From contig JBBQFN010000009.1 in NCBI GenBank assembly GCA_038321985.1, forward strand, positions 97,976 through 161,975: DNA of 64,000 nt, given 5' to 3'. A program made the translations under genes and the position numbers. The DNA is from Cyanophyceae cyanobacterium (GTDB lineage: Bacteria; Cyanobacteriota; Cyanobacteriia; Cyanobacteriales; Laspinemataceae). Shown one piece after another: positions 61,670-64,000 of the stretch. Below the pieces are notes generated by a model, which ran no database searches, had not been told where the DNA came from, and worked only from the letters and a program-made list of their open reading frames with translations. Each line of letters starts with the position of its first letter. The stretch's first letter is position 1.

Positions 61670-62019
61670 CATTTAATATAACAGTGAGGGGTAATACCCC
61701 GCAAGTAGATTTACAAAACTTTACAATTTCTAGAAATTGACCGGGATCTGGGGTTGGAGTTAGAGAAATTTACAATCTGCAATCTGAGTAGGAGTGAGCA
61801 TCCCCCGGTAAATCAGTAGGGTTGACCCTAGGGCGTCAGTCCAGGAATAGGAATATAACCGGATTTTTTAACAAAAATTGGGGTAATCAGCAGCCCATGA
61901 GGAACAGAAACCCGGTTTCTGTTCCTCTTTGAGGACCTTGGTACTGACCCAAATTCTCTCAAAACCGATTTATCGGGAAGATATTCGCCCTCCTCCAGCG
62001 TGAGTTTTAATGGGGAAAT

Positions 62020-62604
62020 CTAATAGATACCACTGGCGATCGCTGAATTAGTCATTTTCACTAAATCTTCCGGTTTCCCCGCTTTAATTCCCATTTGATA
62101 GCGCGTGCCATTTTGGTCCCAAGTGATAGTGGAATCGGAGCAATTTGCCCCACAAACCGCATCCATAAAATAGCCGGTGATTCCCCCATCCAACGGGACC
62201 GTTTTTCCCTCCAAGGCTGGACTATTGGCGGAAATTTCTTGTCCCGAAACTGTGCCAAGACGACAAGCACTCCCGCCATTACACTCTGGAGTAAACCCCA
62301 GGATAAGCTGATATTGCGATGGCGTTGCCGTTTCAATCCTGGCATAAATCGGCGTTGCCCCATCGGACCCAAACACATAATCTGGCAGGAGAATCGGCAC
62401 TTGGGTTTCTTGTTGAAGTTGAGGCAAAATTGGCTCAAAAATGGGATTAGGAATTGGCCCTTGGGAAACCGGAGAATTCTGAGGTGAAGAAGGAACCGGG
62501 GGATTGGTATCCGCTGGGGGGGAATTAACATCAGTCGGGGGACTGGTAACACAAGCGGATAGAACTAAGAAACTGAGGCAGAAAACTTTTTTCAGGTGTT
62601 GCAT
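62020..62604 (-). CDS. Hypothetical lipoprotein
   Basis: MQHLKK + hydrophobic stretch + LSAC lipobox, Pro-rich linker, two Cys pairs (CNGGSAC, CGANC). Confidence 0.8.
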   Translation of the reverse strand: MQHLKKVFCLSFLVLSACVTSPPTDVNSPPADTNPPVPSSPQNSPVSQGPIPNPIFEPILPQLQQETQVPILLPDYVFGSDGATPIYARIETATPSQYQLILGFTPECNGGSACRLGTVSGQEISANSPALEGKTVPLDGGITGYFMDAVCGANCSDSTITWDQNGTRYQMGIKAGKPEDLVKMTNSAIASGIY

Positions 62605-62689
62605 AGTTGATGTAAAAGGGGGAAAAAATAAAGAGAAGACAGCAAGAATTCTCACCTTAAGATTGCAGGAAAAAGGAGACAGAACCTTA

Positions 62690-62817
62690 TCTAGGGAGTC
62701 TAAATCATTTTAACAATAGACTGAAGGAGTGGGAGTATCTTATTCCCTTACTGGACTAGAGAGCGAAATGCTCCCACTCCTGGATCAACATTGTCTAATT
62801 CATTTAGACTTATGATA
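62690..62817. mobile_element. MITE/REP-like element, copy C
   Basis: agtctaaat...aggagtgggagtat...atgctcccactcct...atttagact; homologous to 30274-30406. Confidence 0.65.
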
Positions 62818-64000
62818 GACAGGGGGAGTCACTAGCAGATGGTCAGTCTGAACTCCTTTCTCTGTCTACAAAAAAAATCTGCATTCTCCGTAGAATTTGT
62901 CAGTTTTTTGAGAGTTTTCCCTCAAACTGACGGCTAACCCTCTGCTAATCATCAAAATAAAAGCCAGGAATTTTCACAGAATCTTCATGATTTTTCAAAG
63001 ACTTTAGGAAGTCGAAACAGGCTAAAAACGTAGTTTCCAACCCCCTAGAGTAGCAACGGTATTTTTGCCCCTGATTGAGTCAGCCTTACGGATTTTTTTT
63101 AATCTCTGGCTTCTGAGGGTTTTTTTCTTTAAAAATATAGCTTTAAAAACAAAAATGATTGAAATATTTCTGCTTTTTATGCTAACCCTGATCAACCGGC
63201 CCTTCTGGTTCTTTCTCCAAAATTTCAAGGTAATGACTTTTCCTTCTTTTCTCCATAGTCGGGAAAATACAGGGTCTGTTTTTGTATCTTGGTAATCGGT
63301 TTTTGAACCGAAGTTGTTTTCCCCCTGCCGAGGACCCACTTTCAACAGCCATCATCGAACCCCTATTATCAAAACGAAAATAGCGATCGCGGGATAAGCT
63401 ATTGGGGGCGATCGGGCAAAATTTAGTCTAAACCTCAGGAGGGCTATAATAAATCCCTGATTGATATTTAGGATCAAGCTGCTCAAGGTGAGAAATCGTA
63501 TAATTGTACCCAGTCCCCTTGCCCCCTTGACTGGGGAGGCTTTTTAGAATTTTGCAAGTAGTTCATTATACTGTAATGTGAGATTAGAAAATAAGCACAA
63601 AGTATAGTTTAGATATTAAAAAGGGTTTTGAGCAAGTTTTGAACCTTATGTCAAGGTAGGTTTAATTCACATATAACAAAATTTGGTTAATTTACTGTAT
63701 CTTATCTTAGATCGGATTGAAGACCTTATATTCTACTCGTCGTCTTTCTTTTAGCTCCTAAAGCAAGTTGGCTGTTAGTCGTAACTGCTGAACCTTTAGT
63801 CAGTAGGGTTGAGGTTAATATTTCTGCATTTTGGGCAATCAACAAACAATTCAACTCAAAAACTGGCTCTTCAGACTTTTTGGTGATAAGTTTTTCTAAT
63901 TAGTTTTGTACTCGCTCCCCAGCCCAGGAACTGAAAGCCTTACAAGTCAAGGCTTCTAGCTCTAAAAGTGACCAAAACGAGTCTCATAAATCCCCAAAAT

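Larger units (their letters stand above)
61452..61737. repeat. Exact 118-bp direct duplication (61452-61569, 61620-61737) with a 50-bp unique spacer
   Basis: Both copies read identically from aaaaaacgcccactggg to tttctagaaat. Confidence 0.95.

Noticed and set aside
61452..61737. Repeat-spacer-repeat as a mini-CRISPR, or the ORFs 61468-61740 and 61268-61495 as genes
   Set aside because: 118 bp is far too long for a CRISPR repeat; promoter + sRNA + terminator structure explains it, and the ORFs lack protein-like features
63022..63345. Opposing Lys-rich and Phe-rich ORFs
   Set aside because: Products of A/T homopolymer-rich intergenic DNA
63558..63571. GTA-N8-TAC NtcA-like box
   Set aside because: No correctly spaced -10 element; this short pattern is expected many times by chance

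Overview
Chromosomal window from a filamentous, Oscillatoriales-like cyanobacterium, judged from dense HIP1 GCGATCGC sites, crtR, ndhL, COP23 and a trnL(UAA) gene with a group I intron. Most of it is core genome: pyk, crtR, aroH, sppA, hemE, trpA, ndhL, smc, an HtrA protease, an adenylate cyclase, an HstK-type hybrid kinase and a giant DUF4347/RTX surface protein. Accessory highlights: (1) a tight five-gene operon of a COP23-domain protein followed by four paralogous secreted trypsin-like serine proteases with swapped WD40/TPR tails (4585-12682); (2) an exact 118-bp duplication, each copy a complete promoter + ~50-nt small RNA + terminator unit with an HLR1 (RpaB) box (61452-61737); (3) a decaying mini-island at 1.4-3.7 kb with nonsense-interrupted genes and an hsdR scrap; (4) an IS630 relic, several MITE/REP-like repeats and other pseudogenes. 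No CRISPR array, rRNA, reverse transcriptase or phage genes were seen. All family assignments come from motif recognition, not database searches.
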